A stretch of DNA of 64,000 bases, taken from an uncultured delta proteobacterium (GTDB taxonomy: Bacteria; Myxococcota_A; UBA9160; UBA4427). The stretch covers positions 160,001-224,000 of the forward strand of contig CAWGJT010000014.1 of the NCBI GenBank assembly GCA_963822965.1, read 5' to 3'. The translations under genes and the position numbers were made by a program. The first letter of the stretch is position 1. Each line of letters begins with the position of its first letter. A model generated the notes under the pieces. That model searched no databases, was not told the origin of the DNA, and saw nothing but the letters and a program-made list of their open reading frames with translations. Below, one piece after another: positions 1-10,030 of the stretch.

Positions 1-1590
1 CAGCTCGAGCTCCTCGTAGAGCGGTGCGTCCGGCGTGTCGGCACGGCGTACGGCGAGCCCCAGCACCCGCAGGCCCTGCGCTGCCATGGTCTCGGCCCGC
101 GCGTGCCAGTCGGCCCGGGTGGGCTCGTCGAGCGCGCGAGCCCCGTCCGCGGTCCGCACGCTCGTGCAGCGCGACAGCACCGCTTCGGGCCCACCCTTCA
201 CGACGACCTCGAAGCCCTGCCGGTCCTGGTGGACGGTGGCCATCAGCTGCAGGCCCGGATCGAAGGCCTCCTCACGCCGTTCGGGGTGCAGCTCGAGCAG
301 CTCGTGGCGATAGAGATCCGCCAGGGCCGCCACCTCGAGCAGCGCCGTCTCCGTGGGGTCGCCGACGGCCTGGTCCTGCCGTCGGGAGAGCGAGGCGTTG
401 TTGCAGAGCGCTCCGGCCCGCAGCGCTGCCGCGAGCAGCGGGCACGCGTCCGGCGACACCGGAGCGCCGTCGCGCACGAACGCACCGTCGCGGACCTCGA
501 CGGCGCCGTCGGCGAGCTGGAAGGAGACGGTGCTCATGCGGTTCTCGGTGAGGGTTCCCGTCTTGTCCGTCAGGATCACGCTCGTCGAGCCGAGGGTCTC
601 GACGGCGGACAGCCGCTCGATCAGCGCGTTGCGGCGCGCCATCCGCCACATGCCCCGTGCCAGGGCCAGGGTGGCGACGGCCGGCAGGCCCTCGGGCACG
701 GCGGCCACCGCCAGGGCGATGCTGGTCTCGATCATCAGCAGCACGTTGCGCCCGGAGAGGATGCCGACCGCGGCGATGCCCGCGGCGATCGCCAGGGTGA
801 GAGCCACGAGCCGGCGCCCGAGATCCTCGAGCCGTCGCTCGAGGGGGGTGCTCTCGGGCTCGGCCTCCAGGGCGAGGGCCGAGATGCGACCCAGCTCCGT
901 GTCCATCCCGGTTCCGACCACCACCGCGAGGCCGCTGCCTCGCGTCAGGGCCGTTCCCTTGAAGAGGATACAGGCGCGCTCCGGGACGGGCGTCTCCTCG
1001 GGCACGGGCTCGCACTGCTTGCGAACCGGGACCGACTCTCCGGTCAGCGCCGACTGGTCGGCTTCGAGCTTCGACGCTTCGACCAGGCGCAGGTCGGCGC
1101 TCACCACGTCGCCCCCTTCGAGCACGACCACGTCGCCCGGGACGAGCTGGCTTGCCGGGAGTCGCTCCACGCGTCCGTCCCGACGCACGACGACCCGGGC
1201 CTGTCCGAGCCGGCGGAGCGCCTCCAGGGAGCGCGTCGCACGCAGCTCCGTTGCGAAGCCGATCGCCACGTTGAGCACCACGACGAGCCCGATGGCGGCG
1301 CCTTCGATCCACTCGCCGAACGTGAAGGCCAGCCCGGACGCCACCACCAGCAGCAACACGAGCAGGCTCCGGAGCTGGTCCACGAGGATGCGCAACGCGG
1401 CGCGGGGTCGCCGTTGTCGCAGCCGATTCGGTCCGTAGCGCGCTTGCCGGCGGGCGGCCTCGTGTGGGTCGAGTCCCCGCTCGGCCTGGACGCCGAACGC
1501 CTCCAGGACGGTCTCCGGCGCCGCGGCCCACGGCGCGAGCGAGGTGGCGGGCGGGGAGGATCGCGAATCGTTCGTCGAGGGGCCCAGCAT
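1..1590 (-). CDS. Cation-transporting P-type ATPase (Ca2+/Na+-type), 3' end outside the window
   Basis: Manual translation of the minus strand: N-terminal GLDPHEAARRQARYGPNRL, then ETLGSTSVILTDKTGTLTENRM (DKTGT phosphorylation motif, about 540-600). ATG at 1590. Confidence 0.93.
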   Translation of the reverse strand, partial: MLGPSTNDSRSSPPATSLAPWAAAPETVLEAFGVQAERGLDPHEAARRQARYGPNRLRQRRPRAALRILVDQLRSLLVLLLVVASGLAFTFGEWIEGAAIGLVVVLNVAIGFATELRATRSLEALRRLGQARVVVRRDGRVERLPASQLVPGDVVVLEGGDVVSADLRLVEASKLEADQSALTGESVPVRKQCEPVPEETPVPERACILFKGTALTRGSGLAVVVGTGMDTELGRISALALEAEPESTPLERRLEDLGRRLVALTLAIAAGIAAVGILSGRNVLLMIETSIALAVAAVPEGLPAVATLALARGMWRMARRNALIERLSAVETLGSTSVILTDKTGTLTENRMSTVSFQLADGAVEVRDGAFVRDGAPVSPDACPLLAAALRAGALCNNASLSRRQDQAVGDPTETALLEVAALADLYRHELLELHPERREEAFDPGLQLMATVHQDRQGFEVVVKGGPEAVLSRCTSVRTADGARALDEPTRADWHARAETMAAQGLRVLGLAVRRADTPDAPLYEELEL

Positions 1591-1663
1591 GCGGGCCGCC
1601 AAGGGTACCCCGGATCGAGGCGCTCCAGGCGTACTATGCTGGCAGCCTGGAAAGGAGCGCGGC

Positions 1664-2590
1664 ATGTCCGAAGACGACGGCTCGACCCGACCCCAGATCC
1701 TCGACGAGGGACGCCTGACGGTCCGCATCGACCGGGCGCCCATCGAGCGCGTGAAGGCCCTGCTGGCGAAGGCCTACCTGACCGTCATCCGCGGCTCGAA
1801 TCACGATCTCGGCCGCTACGCGGTGATCGAGGGCAGTGTCTCCATCGGCCGCGGCGTGGACGTCGACCTGCGCCTGCAGGACAACGGGGTGAGCCGACAC
1901 CACGTCCGCGTCGATCGCCGGGAGGACGGCAGCTATCTGCTCGTGGACCAGGGCTCCATGAACGGAACCCACGTGGGCAGCGAGCCCGTGACCGAGCCCC
2001 GCATCCTGCGGGACGGCGACAAGATCTTCCTCGGCGAGACCGTGCTCCGCTTCGCGCTCGCCGACGATCTCGACCTCGGCTACCAGACCGAGGTCGCCCA
2101 GATCGTCGGCCAGGACCCGCTCACGGGACTGGAATCGAAGCGTCGCTTCGACGACGCCCTGGCGTTCGCGGTGGAGAGCTCGCGCGCCACCGGCGCGCCG
2201 CTCGCCATGCTGATGATGGACATGGACGGTGTGAAGCGCATCAACGACACCCACGGCCACCTCTTCGGCGCCCACGTGATCGGGGAGACGGGCCGCATTC
2301 TCGCCCGGCACCTGGATCGGACGGGGCACGCCTGCCGCTTCGGGGGCGACGAGTTCTGCGCCTTCCTGCCCGGACAGGACGTGGCGGCCGCGCGCGACAC
2401 CGCGGAGGCCATCCGCCAGGCGATCGAGAAGGCCGGAATGGAGAAGGACGGCATCCCCCTCGCCCCCACCTTGAGCATCGGCGTCGCGACCTGTCCCGTG
2501 GACGCGGACGAGCCCACGCGCCTGCTCGCCTGCGCCGACGCGGCGTTGTACCGCGCCAAGGCCCAGGGCAAGAACCGCGTATCGCTCTAG
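1664..2590 (+). CDS. FHA-domain diguanylate cyclase (FHA + GGDEF)
   Basis: IGRG..VSRHH..GSMNGT FHA motifs; DPLTG, DMDGVKRINDTHGH and RFGGDEF; AAGGAG RBS before ATG 1664. Confidence 0.92.
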   Translation: MSEDDGSTRPQILDEGRLTVRIDRAPIERVKALLAKAYLTVIRGSNHDLGRYAVIEGSVSIGRGVDVDLRLQDNGVSRHHVRVDRREDGSYLLVDQGSMNGTHVGSEPVTEPRILRDGDKIFLGETVLRFALADDLDLGYQTEVAQIVGQDPLTGLESKRRFDDALAFAVESSRATGAPLAMLMMDMDGVKRINDTHGHLFGAHVIGETGRILARHLDRTGHACRFGGDEFCAFLPGQDVAAARDTAEAIRQAIEKAGMEKDGIPLAPTLSIGVATCPVDADEPTRLLACADAALYRAKAQGKNRVSL

Positions 2591-2646
2591 CGGCCGGCCC
2601 CGCCGCGGCCAGCTCGAGCGGTCGAGGACCCGAGGAGAAGGCACGG

Positions 2647-3633
2647 ATGGAGCTCGTCGTGAGCTACGACATGCGGGCGCCGGCCTTCGGTGCGCCCGCC
2701 GCGGAGCTGTACGCCGCGGCCCTCGACCAGGTGGAGTGGGCGGACGGGCTCGGCTTCGACCTCGTGGGCCTCGGCGAGCACCACGCCTCGCCCGACGGCT
2801 ACAACCCGTCGCCGTTGGTGCTGGCGGCCGCCATGGGGGGACGCACGAAGCGGATCCGCTTCCGCACCTCGGTGGTGCTGGCGCCGCTCTACGATCCCAT
2901 CAAGCTGGCCGAGGACGCCGCGGTCACCCAGCTCGCCACCGGCGGGAGGTTGCTGCTGGGAATCGGCGGAGGCTACCGGCCGGCGGAGTTCGAAATGTTC
3001 GGCCGCCGCCTGGAGGACCGCTGGCGCGTGATCGGCGAGACCATCGCGCTGCTGCGGCTCGCCTGGACCGGCGAGCCCTTCGAGTGGCAGGGTCGGCGTT
3101 GCCACGTGACGCCCCGGCCCGATCCGGCGCCGCCCATCCTGCTGGGGGGCAGCTCGGCGGCCGCGGCGCGGCGTGCGGCGCGCATCGCGGACGACTGGTT
3201 CCCGCCCCTCGAGCCGCGGCTGTGGCCGCCGTATCGGGAGGCGTGCCTGGAGCTCGGCCGGCCGGATCCCGGCGACTACCCGGCCCAGGGGCCCATCTTC
3301 CTGTGGATCTCCCGGGACCCCGAGCGCGCCTGGCAGCGGCTGCTGCCCCACGTACTCCACCAGCTCCGCTCCTACAGCGAGTGGACCGTCGAGGCCTTCG
3401 GCCGTCCGGCGGGACCCTATGCGAAGGACATGACCGAGGAGACCGCCCGACAGAGTCCCGCCTATCGCGTGCTCGCGCCGGAAGAGGCGATCGCGCTGTC
3501 AGACGAGCTGGGTCCGAGCGGGGTCCTCTACCTGAACCCGCTGCTCGCCGGGGTCGATCCGCGCCTCTCCTGGGAGATGCTGCAGCTCTACGAGCGCGAG
3601 GTGCACCCGTACCTGCCGCGCCGGGCCGCATGA
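2647..3633 (+). CDS. LLM-class flavin-dependent oxidoreductase
   Basis: GEHHASPDGYNPSP, PLYDPIKLAED, GGGYRPAEF: luciferase-like monooxygenase signatures. Confidence 0.9.
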   Translation: MELVVSYDMRAPAFGAPAAELYAAALDQVEWADGLGFDLVGLGEHHASPDGYNPSPLVLAAAMGGRTKRIRFRTSVVLAPLYDPIKLAEDAAVTQLATGGRLLLGIGGGYRPAEFEMFGRRLEDRWRVIGETIALLRLAWTGEPFEWQGRRCHVTPRPDPAPPILLGGSSAAAARRAARIADDWFPPLEPRLWPPYREACLELGRPDPGDYPAQGPIFLWISRDPERAWQRLLPHVLHQLRSYSEWTVEAFGRPAGPYAKDMTEETARQSPAYRVLAPEEAIALSDELGPSGVLYLNPLLAGVDPRLSWEMLQLYEREVHPYLPRRAA

Positions 3634-3661
3634 GCCCGGCGCCTCGGCCGACCCGTCGGGG

Positions 3662-3961
3662 TCAGCCCGGCATGCCGTCGATCAGGATCGCGAAGTGGTT
3701 CGACGTCGCCTTCAGGCGATCGCCGATCACCTCCTGGTAGGCGCCGGACTCGTAGAGCTCCCGGGCCTGCTCCTTGGATTCGAACCGCAGCAGGACCGTC
3801 TGGTGACCCGCGGACTCGCCTTCGATCCGCTCGGTCTTGGGATCGAGCGCCAGCAGCTGGCAGGCCTTGCCGATCTGCAGGGCCGGGCCCGCGGCGGCGG
3901 CGTACTTCCCGTAGAGCTCGGGGTTCTCGACGTCGTAGTTCACGATCATGTAGGCGGGCAC
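3662..3961 (-). CDS. DUF1330-family protein
   Basis: PAYMIVNYDVENPELYGKY...VLLRFESKEQARELYESGAYQ; GTG start after GAGGAG. Confidence 0.82.
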   Translation of the reverse strand: MPAYMIVNYDVENPELYGKYAAAAGPALQIGKACQLLALDPKTERIEGESAGHQTVLLRFESKEQARELYESGAYQEVIGDRLKATSNHFAILIDGMPG

Positions 3962-4083
3962 GGAGGGCTCCTCGTCGGCGACTGGGGTGGGATGATGGAT
4001 CTGCTGCGCGCCCGCCAAACATAGGGCAACGCGCCCGGGAAGCGGGAAGCAGCCTCCTGCTTCCCGGGCCCTCGCCCCGGGGC

Positions 4084-4359
4084 TCAGCGCACCGCCGTGG
4101 CCGGATCGAAGACGTCGCAGATCTCCGTGATGCGCGTGGCCGGGAATCCGCTCGCTTCGGCGTGGGCGCGGATCGCGTCCTCGTCCTCGGCCAGGTAGAC
4201 GCAGAAGGTCTTGTCGGCCGCGCGATAGGACTGCTGCCAGGACACCCGCGGCGCCAGCTTCGCCAGCACCTCGTTGGACTTGCGGGCCGCCTCGGCGAGC
4301 GCGCACGAGTCCAGCCCTCCGACCCCCGCGATGTCTCTCTCGACCATGAATTTCCGCAT
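4084..4359 (-). CDS. DUF4242-family protein (putative nickel-binding)
   Basis: MRKFMVERDI...SWQQSY..DKTFCVYLAEDEDAIRAHAEASGFPATRITEI; AAGGAG RBS. Confidence 0.85.
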   Translation of the reverse strand: MRKFMVERDIAGVGGLDSCALAEAARKSNEVLAKLAPRVSWQQSYRAADKTFCVYLAEDEDAIRAHAEASGFPATRITEICDVFDPATAVR

Positions 4360-4465
4360 TTCGGTCTCCTTCTCGTTGCTGCCGTTCCGTTCTGTGGGTT
4401 GCCTTGCGGGCGGGCGCTTCCGCCCGTGCAGACAGAGGATTCCAGCCCGCCGGGCTTGCGGACAG

Positions 4466-4501
4466 ATGGCGCAAATGACATCGTGCATGGCCGTTTCGGA
4501 C
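4466..4501. promoter_or_regulatory. Putative tandem operator of the GlxA-type regulator in the divergent promoter
   Basis: ATGGC-N6-GAC and ATGGC-N7-GAC repeated 21 bp apart (two helical turns) between the divergent DUF4242 and AraC genes. The function is inferred. Confidence 0.3.
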
Positions 4502-4551
4502 GGATTTCGTGCCGGCGGCGGCACGTTCGAGCCGGAGGAGAGCCGATCCCC

Positions 4552-5535
4552 ATGGGCCGACCCATCGACGTCAGCGTGCTGCTCCTCGACGGCGGGCACG
4601 CCTCCACGGCCCTGGGCCCGCTCGAGATCTTCCAGGACGCGCGCGCGCTCTACGGGACCCTGACCGGGGGCGATGCGACGCCGCGGTTCCGGGTTCGGAC
4701 GGTCTCCGCCGACGGCGAGGCGATCCGGCCCGGAACGCCGGTGACCCTGCGGCCCGACTGCGCCCTGGCGGACGTCGAGCGGACCGACCTGGTCTTCGTC
4801 CCGTCGGCGGGGCTCGGAATCGACGCGATCCTGGAGCGCAACGCGTCGGTGATCGCGTTCCTGCAGCGGGCGGCCGGGGAGGGCGCGCGCGTCGCCGGCG
4901 TCTGCTCGGGGGTTTCGCTGCTGGCCGCCGCCGGCCTGCTCGACGGACGCCGGGGCACCACCCACTGGGCGCTCGCCGAGGAATTCGCCGTGCGGTTTCC
5001 GCAGGTGCGCTGGGAGCCCGACAGCATCGTGACCGAGAGCGACGGGATCTACTGCGGCGGCGGGGTGTACGCGGCCTTCGATCTCGCGCTCTATCTCGTC
5101 GAGCGGCTGTGCGGCCGGGAGGTGGCGGTCGAGACCTCGAAGTCGCTGCTCATCGACATGCCGCGCATCTGCCAGGCGGGCTTCGCGGTGCTCCCGCTCT
5201 CCAGCGAGCACACCGACGAAGACGTCCGGCGCGCGGAGGAGTGGATCCACGGCCACTGCCGGGAAGACGTCCGGTTCGACGCGCTGGCCCGCGAGCTCGG
5301 CATGAGCCCCCGCAACTTCACGCGACGCTTCAAGGCCGCCACCGGCCTGGCCCCGCTCGAGTATCTCCAGCGGCTGCGGATCACCGCGGCCCGGCGTCTG
5401 CTCGAGCAGGGCGAGATCCGCATCCAGGACGTGGGCGGCGCCGTCGGCTACGAGGACCTGGCCTTCTTCCGCCGGCTCTTCAAGCGTCACACGGGGCTCT
5501 CGCCCCAGGCGTATCGCGCCCGCTTCGCTCCGTAG
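4552..5535 (+). CDS. GlxA-family transcriptional regulator (DJ-1/PfpI + AraC HTH)
   Basis: [21 protein letters not shown]-terminal [11 protein letters not shown]...[25 protein letters not shown]. Confidence 0.93.
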   Translation: MGRPIDVSVLLLDGGHASTALGPLEIFQDARALYGTLTGGDATPRFRVRTVSADGEAIRPGTPVTLRPDCALADVERTDLVFVPSAGLGIDAILERNASVIAFLQRAAGEGARVAGVCSGVSLLAAAGLLDGRRGTTHWALAEEFAVRFPQVRWEPDSIVTESDGIYCGGGVYAAFDLALYLVERLCGREVAVETSKSLLIDMPRICQAGFAVLPLSSEHTDEDVRRAEEWIHGHCREDVRFDALARELGMSPRNFTRRFKAATGLAPLEYLQRLRITAARRLLEQGEIRIQDVGGAVGYEDLAFFRRLFKRHTGLSPQAYRARFAP

Positions 5536-5600
5536 TCGTTCGCGGAGGACCCGGTCGCCCGGGGTCGACGGAGAGCCCGCGAATCCCTACCAACCCGGGC

Positions 5601-6116
5601 ATGGCGAACCCCACCGCGACCCTCGAAACCTCCCTCGGCAACATGACCGTGGAGCTCTTCACGGACCAGATGCCCGGCACCGCCGGCAACTTCGTCAAGC
5701 TCGCGAAGAGCGGCTTCTACGACGGCCTTCACTTCCATCGCGTCATCGGGAGCTTCATGGTGCAGTTCGGCTGTCCGCACAGCCGAGACCCCGAGAGCTC
5801 GCGGGCCGGGACCGGCGACGGGCCGGACGGCACGATTCCCGACGAGTTCCCCGACGACGTGCGCCTCTCCAACGAGCCCGGGACCCTCTCCATGGCGAAC
5901 ACGGGCCGTCCGAACAGCGGCAGCTGCCAGTTCTTCATCAACACCAGCCACAACGAATACCTGGACTGGTTCGCGCCCGGCCCGAGCAAGCACCCCGTCT
6001 TCGGTCGCGTGGTCGACGGCCTGGACGTGCTGGCGGCCATCGAGTCCACTCCGACGGATTCCAACGACCGCCCCCTCGAGCCGGTGAAGATGGTGCGCGT
6101 GACCGTGAGCGAGTAG
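5601..6116 (+). CDS. Cyclophilin-type peptidyl-prolyl cis-trans isomerase
   Basis: [47 protein letters not shown]. Confidence 0.95.
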   Translation: MANPTATLETSLGNMTVELFTDQMPGTAGNFVKLAKSGFYDGLHFHRVIGSFMVQFGCPHSRDPESSRAGTGDGPDGTIPDEFPDDVRLSNEPGTLSMANTGRPNSGSCQFFINTSHNEYLDWFAPGPSKHPVFGRVVDGLDVLAAIESTPTDSNDRPLEPVKMVRVTVSE

Positions 6117-6130
6117 CGGCGCCCAGGCCG

Positions 6131-7357
6131 TCAGGCCGGACGAAAGCCGCGCAGCGCGTCGAGCACCTGGTCGACGTCCGCCGCCGTGTGGTCCGCGGAG
6201 AGCTGGAAGCGGATCTCCTCCTCACCCCGCGGCACCACCGGGTAGGCCAGGCCCGTCGCCAGGATGTCGTTCTCCCGCAAGTGCTGGACCAGGGCCGTCG
6301 TGCGGCCGGTATCGCGGACGAGCAGCGGCACCACCGGATGCTCTCCCGGCAGGGTCTCGTAGCCGAGGGACTCGATGCCTTCGCGCAGCCTCCGGGTCAT
6401 GGCGCGCAGGTGGGTCAGCAGCGCACGACCCGTCTCGTCGTCCAGCAGCTCGACGGCGGCCAGGGCGGCGGCCGCCTCGCCCGGCGTGATCGGGTTCGAG
6501 TAGACGTAAAAGGGTGAGGTCTCCCGCAGGTAGTCGACGAGGACCCGGTCGGCGACCGCGTAGCCGCCGTTCACCCCGAGCGCCTTGCCGAGGGTGGCCA
6601 CCAGCACGTCGCAGCGCGCGCCGGTCACCTCCTCGCTGCCGCGGCCCGTTTCGCCGAGGGCGCCGACGCCGTGGGAGTCGTCCACCATCACGACCACGTT
6701 CTCGGGGAAGCGGTCGTCGAAGCGCCGGGCGAGAGCGCCGATCTCGTCCAGCGGCGCGTGATCGCCGCGCATGCTGAAGACGCCGTCGGTGACGACGATC
6801 GCCCGCCGCACCCGGCCCGCCAGGCTGTCGAGCGAGCGTTCGAGGGCGCCGAGGTCCAGGTGCGGATAGACGAGGCGCTCGGCGGGTCGCGAGAGTCGCG
6901 CGGCGTTGATGATGCAGTTGTGGTTCAGCTCGTCGCTGACGACGCCCGTCTCCGGCGTGACCAGCGGCGGCAGCACGCCCATCACGGCCGCATAGGCGGA
7001 GCTCCAGAGCATGCCGGCCTCGCGCCCGTGGAAGCGGGCGAGTCGCGCCTCGAGGGCCACGTGCGGGGCGTGGGTTCCGCTGATGAAGCGCACCGCCTGG
7101 GGACCGGTGCCGAAGGCACGCACGGCCTCGTCCTCGGCGCGGGCGAGCTCTTCGCGCAGGCCCAGACCGAGGTAGCCATTGGAGTTCATGCGCAGGAAGG
7201 CGCGGTCGCCGCAGCCGGCGAGGCGGTAGCGCGGGCCGCGCTCTCCCGCGGCCGGGAGCACCTCCACGGTGACGTTCTCGTCGCCCTTGCGGCGTCCCTC
7301 CCGGTCGAGCCGCGCGAGCTCTTCCCGCAGCGCCGCCTGCAGTCGGTCGACGGGCAT
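6131..7357 (-). CDS. kbl: Glycine C-acetyltransferase (2-amino-3-ketobutyrate CoA ligase)
   Basis: NGYLGL, VRFISGT, SDELNHNCIIN, TDGVFSMRGD, DDSHG, TLGKALG; directly downstream of threonine dehydrogenase. Confidence 0.88.
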   Translation of the reverse strand: MPVDRLQAALREELARLDREGRRKGDENVTVEVLPAAGERGPRYRLAGCGDRAFLRMNSNGYLGLGLREELARAEDEAVRAFGTGPQAVRFISGTHAPHVALEARLARFHGREAGMLWSSAYAAVMGVLPPLVTPETGVVSDELNHNCIINAARLSRPAERLVYPHLDLGALERSLDSLAGRVRRAIVVTDGVFSMRGDHAPLDEIGALARRFDDRFPENVVVMVDDSHGVGALGETGRGSEEVTGARCDVLVATLGKALGVNGGYAVADRVLVDYLRETSPFYVYSNPITPGEAAAALAAVELLDDETGRALLTHLRAMTRRLREGIESLGYETLPGEHPVVPLLVRDTGRTTALVQHLRENDILATGLAYPVVPRGEEEIRFQLSADHTAADVDQVLDALRGFRPA

Positions 7358-8335
7358 TCAGGCGCTCCCCGGCTGCTGCGCCCGCAGGGCGCCCAGCATC
7401 TCGCGCACCATCGAGGCGAGATCGTGCTCGGGCTTCCAGCCCCACTCGCTGCGTGCGGCCGAGTCATCGACGGCGTCCGGCCACGAGTCCGCGATCGCCT
7501 GGCGCGCGGGATCGACCGCATAGTCGATCTCGAAGCCGGGGACGTGCTTGCGGATCTCGGCGGCCAGCTCGTCCGGCGTGATGCTCATCGCCGTCAGGTT
7601 GAAGGCGTTGCGGTGGCGCAGCCGGCCAGGGTCCACCTCCATCACCTCGATCATCGCCCGGATCGCGTCTGGCATGTACATCATGTCCAGGCGGGTGTCG
7701 GCGCGCAGGAAGCACGTATAGCGACCGTGACGGACCGCGCCGTGGAAGATCTCCACCGCGTAGTCCGTGGTTCCGCCGCCGGGCGGCGCCACGTGGGAGA
7801 CCAGGCCCGGAAGGCGCAGGCCCCGGGCATCGGTCCCGAAGCGGCGGGCGTAGTAGTCGCCGAGCAGCTCGGCGGCCACCTTCGTGATGCCGTACATGGT
7901 GGTCGGTCGCTGGATGGTGACCTGGGGCGTGGCCTGCTCCGGGGTGGTGGGCCCGAAGGCGCCGATGGAGCTCGGCAGGAAGACCGCGCAGCCGAACTGT
8001 CGGGCCACCTCCAGCACCCGGTACACGCTTCCCATGTTGACCTCCCAGGCCTTGCGGGGGCGCTCCTCGGCCACCGCCGACAGCAGCGCGGCCAGGTGGT
8101 AGATGGCGTCGATGCGATGGGTCCGGACGGCGTGCGCGATCTCCCCCATGTGCAGGCAGTCGACGTCGACGAACGGGCCCTTGTCTGCGGCCGAGACGGG
8201 GGCGGCATGGGCGGCCGAAGCCGGGATGCGGATGTCCGACGCCAGCACGTTGTCGCGCCCGTAGCGAGCGCGCAGCGCGGGAACCAGCTCGGATCCGATC
8301 TGCCCCGCGGCGCCGGTGACGAGGATTCGCTGCAT
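7358..8335 (-). CDS. tdh: L-threonine 3-dehydrogenase (SDR/epimerase type)
   Basis: ILVTGAAGQIGSEL, HLAALLSA, PSSIGAFG, YGITK, PGGGTTDYA, MMYMPDA, RQAIADSWP; abuts kbl. Confidence 0.9.
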   Translation of the reverse strand: MQRILVTGAAGQIGSELVPALRARYGRDNVLASDIRIPASAAHAAPVSAADKGPFVDVDCLHMGEIAHAVRTHRIDAIYHLAALLSAVAEERPRKAWEVNMGSVYRVLEVARQFGCAVFLPSSIGAFGPTTPEQATPQVTIQRPTTMYGITKVAAELLGDYYARRFGTDARGLRLPGLVSHVAPPGGGTTDYAVEIFHGAVRHGRYTCFLRADTRLDMMYMPDAIRAMIEVMEVDPGRLRHRNAFNLTAMSITPDELAAEIRKHVPGFEIDYAVDPARQAIADSWPDAVDDSAARSEWGWKPEHDLASMVREMLGALRAQQPGSA

Positions 8336-8412
8336 GCTCCTTGAGACTCCCGCTTGCTCTCGCTGCTGCCGCGCTCGGGCCCGGCCGCGAACGGCTCCGG
8401 CCGCACGGGGTG

Positions 8413-9513
8413 TCACTCGCCGCGGCGCTCCTCCTGCTCCTCTCGGTGATGACGCCGGCGAGCAGACGACCCGAGCCAGCCGCGATGGCGGAAGTACCAC
8501 ACGAGCGCCGCCGCCACGACCGCCATCGCGCCGAGCACGACGAAGTAGCCCCGCGGGCTGTGGAGCTCCGGCATGTACTCGAAGTTCATGCCGTAGATGC
8601 CGGCGATGAACGTCAGCGGAATGAAGATGCTCGCGGTGAGCGTCAGCACCTTCATGATCTCGTTCTGCCGATGGCTCAGGGTGGACAGGTACATGTCCAT
8701 CAGTCCGACGGCGATCTCCCGGCAGAAGTCCACCCGGCCCATGATCTGCGCCATGTGGTCCTCCGTATCGCGCAGGTAGACCCGCACCTTCTCGGCCATG
8801 AAGGGCGACGCGCTGCGCACCAGCTCGCCCAGGGTCTCCCGCTGGGGCCAGCCGACCCGACGGAGCGTGGCGATCTCGCGGCGTAGCCGGTGGAGCACGC
8901 CGAGATCCTCCGCCTCGGGGTCGATCAGGACGAGGTCCTCGAGATCGTCGAGCTTCTGCGAGAGGTCCTCGACCACGGGGAAGTAGTGGTCGGTGAGCGC
9001 GTCCAGCAGCGCGTAGGCGAGGTAGCCGGGACCGCCGCTGCGGATGGGCGCGTTGCCTGCGCGCAGGCGGTTGCGCACGGCGTCGAAGAAGCCGAAGTAG
9101 CGGTCCTGGAACGTGATCAGGTAGTGGTGACCGATCACGAAGCACACCTGGGGGGTCGTGAGCGTCTCGTCCTCGTACAGCGGCGCGCGTCCGATCACGA
9201 CCGCGTGCTGGTCGTAGATCTCGGCCTTCGCGCGCTGGGGGACGTTCACGGCGTCCTCCAGGGCGAGCGGGTGGATCTCGAAGAGCTCGGCGACCCGGCG
9301 AAGCACGGCCTCGTCGCCGAGACCCTGGATGTCGATCCAGGTGGTGGTCCGGGTCTTCGTGAACCGCGCGAGCTCCTCCACGTCCTGCACGTCGTGGTCC
9401 ACGAGGTCGTGCGCATCGAAGTCCATCGCGCGGATGCGCGGCGGCAGGGAGCCGTCGGGGATCATCAGCGTGCCGGGTCGCGCTCCGGCGGGCGGGTTGC
9501 GCTTCGTGAGCAT
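8413..9513 (-). CDS. corA: Magnesium/cobalt transporter CorA
   Basis: FEIHPLALED, NEIMKVLT, IAGIYGMNFEYMPEL (GMN motif). Confidence 0.95.
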   Translation of the reverse strand: MLTKRNPPAGARPGTLMIPDGSLPPRIRAMDFDAHDLVDHDVQDVEELARFTKTRTTTWIDIQGLGDEAVLRRVAELFEIHPLALEDAVNVPQRAKAEIYDQHAVVIGRAPLYEDETLTTPQVCFVIGHHYLITFQDRYFGFFDAVRNRLRAGNAPIRSGGPGYLAYALLDALTDHYFPVVEDLSQKLDDLEDLVLIDPEAEDLGVLHRLRREIATLRRVGWPQRETLGELVRSASPFMAEKVRVYLRDTEDHMAQIMGRVDFCREIAVGLMDMYLSTLSHRQNEIMKVLTLTASIFIPLTFIAGIYGMNFEYMPELHSPRGYFVVLGAMAVVAAALVWYFRHRGWLGSSARRRHHREEQEERRGE

Positions 9514-9557
9514 GCCGGCTCGGGGCCTCCCGGGTTGGTCCGACGCCGCGAGCCAGA

Positions 9558-9590
9558 CTAGCAGGCCGACCCAGGAGGGGTCGGCCCGCG
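9558..9590. repeat. CTAG-anchored REP-like palindrome, family A, copy 1
   Basis: CTAGCAGGCCGACCCAGGAGGGGTCGGCCCGCG hairpin; 24/26 identical to the sequence at 17573. Confidence 0.6.
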
Positions 9591-9601
9591 CGGCGCCGGT
9601 C

Positions 9602-9958
9602 TCAGGGTCGCCGGGCGACCACGTGCACCTGGGTCGCGTCGCCGGCTCACGTGATGCAGGGTCTGGTGGCAGAGGATCATGTCGAAGCCGGCGCCGGGTA
9701 GCGCGCACGCCTCGATGTCGTTCTCGCGCACGTCGATCTCTCAGGGGCCCCGGCGCCGCAGCCGGCGTCGAGGACCCGGTCGAATCGCTCGGGTCCTCCC
9801 GCCTGGCGGAGCAGCGCCTCCAGGTCGTCCAGCGCGCGCGCGACGACGTAGCGCCTCCACACGTCGGTCTGCTGGAACCCGGTGCCGAAAGGCGTCTCCG
9901 GCACCGGGCGGGTCTGCTGGAACACCGGCCGTCGCCTCCCGGCCGAGGAACCCTGCAC
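9602..9958 (-). pseudogene. Class I SAM-dependent methyltransferase remnant with internal deletions
   Basis: Three fragments in different frames: VPETPFGTGFQQTDVWRRYVV..RVLDAGCGAG (motif I), then IDVRENDIEACALPGAGFDMILCHQTLHHV, then TQVHVVARRP*. About 120 codons in total. Confidence 0.65.
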
Positions 9959-9999
9959 CCCGGGCGCTACACGACCGACGTCCGCGGCGGTGACGACGG

Positions 10000-10021
10000 C
10001 CGTATGACGGATCCCGGCTAG
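10000..10021. repeat. CTAG-anchored repeat, family B (solo MITE-end-like copy)
   Basis: CCGTATGACGGATCCCGGCTAG is 20/22 identical to 35205-35226. Confidence 0.55.
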
Positions 10022-10030
10022 AATGCGCGC

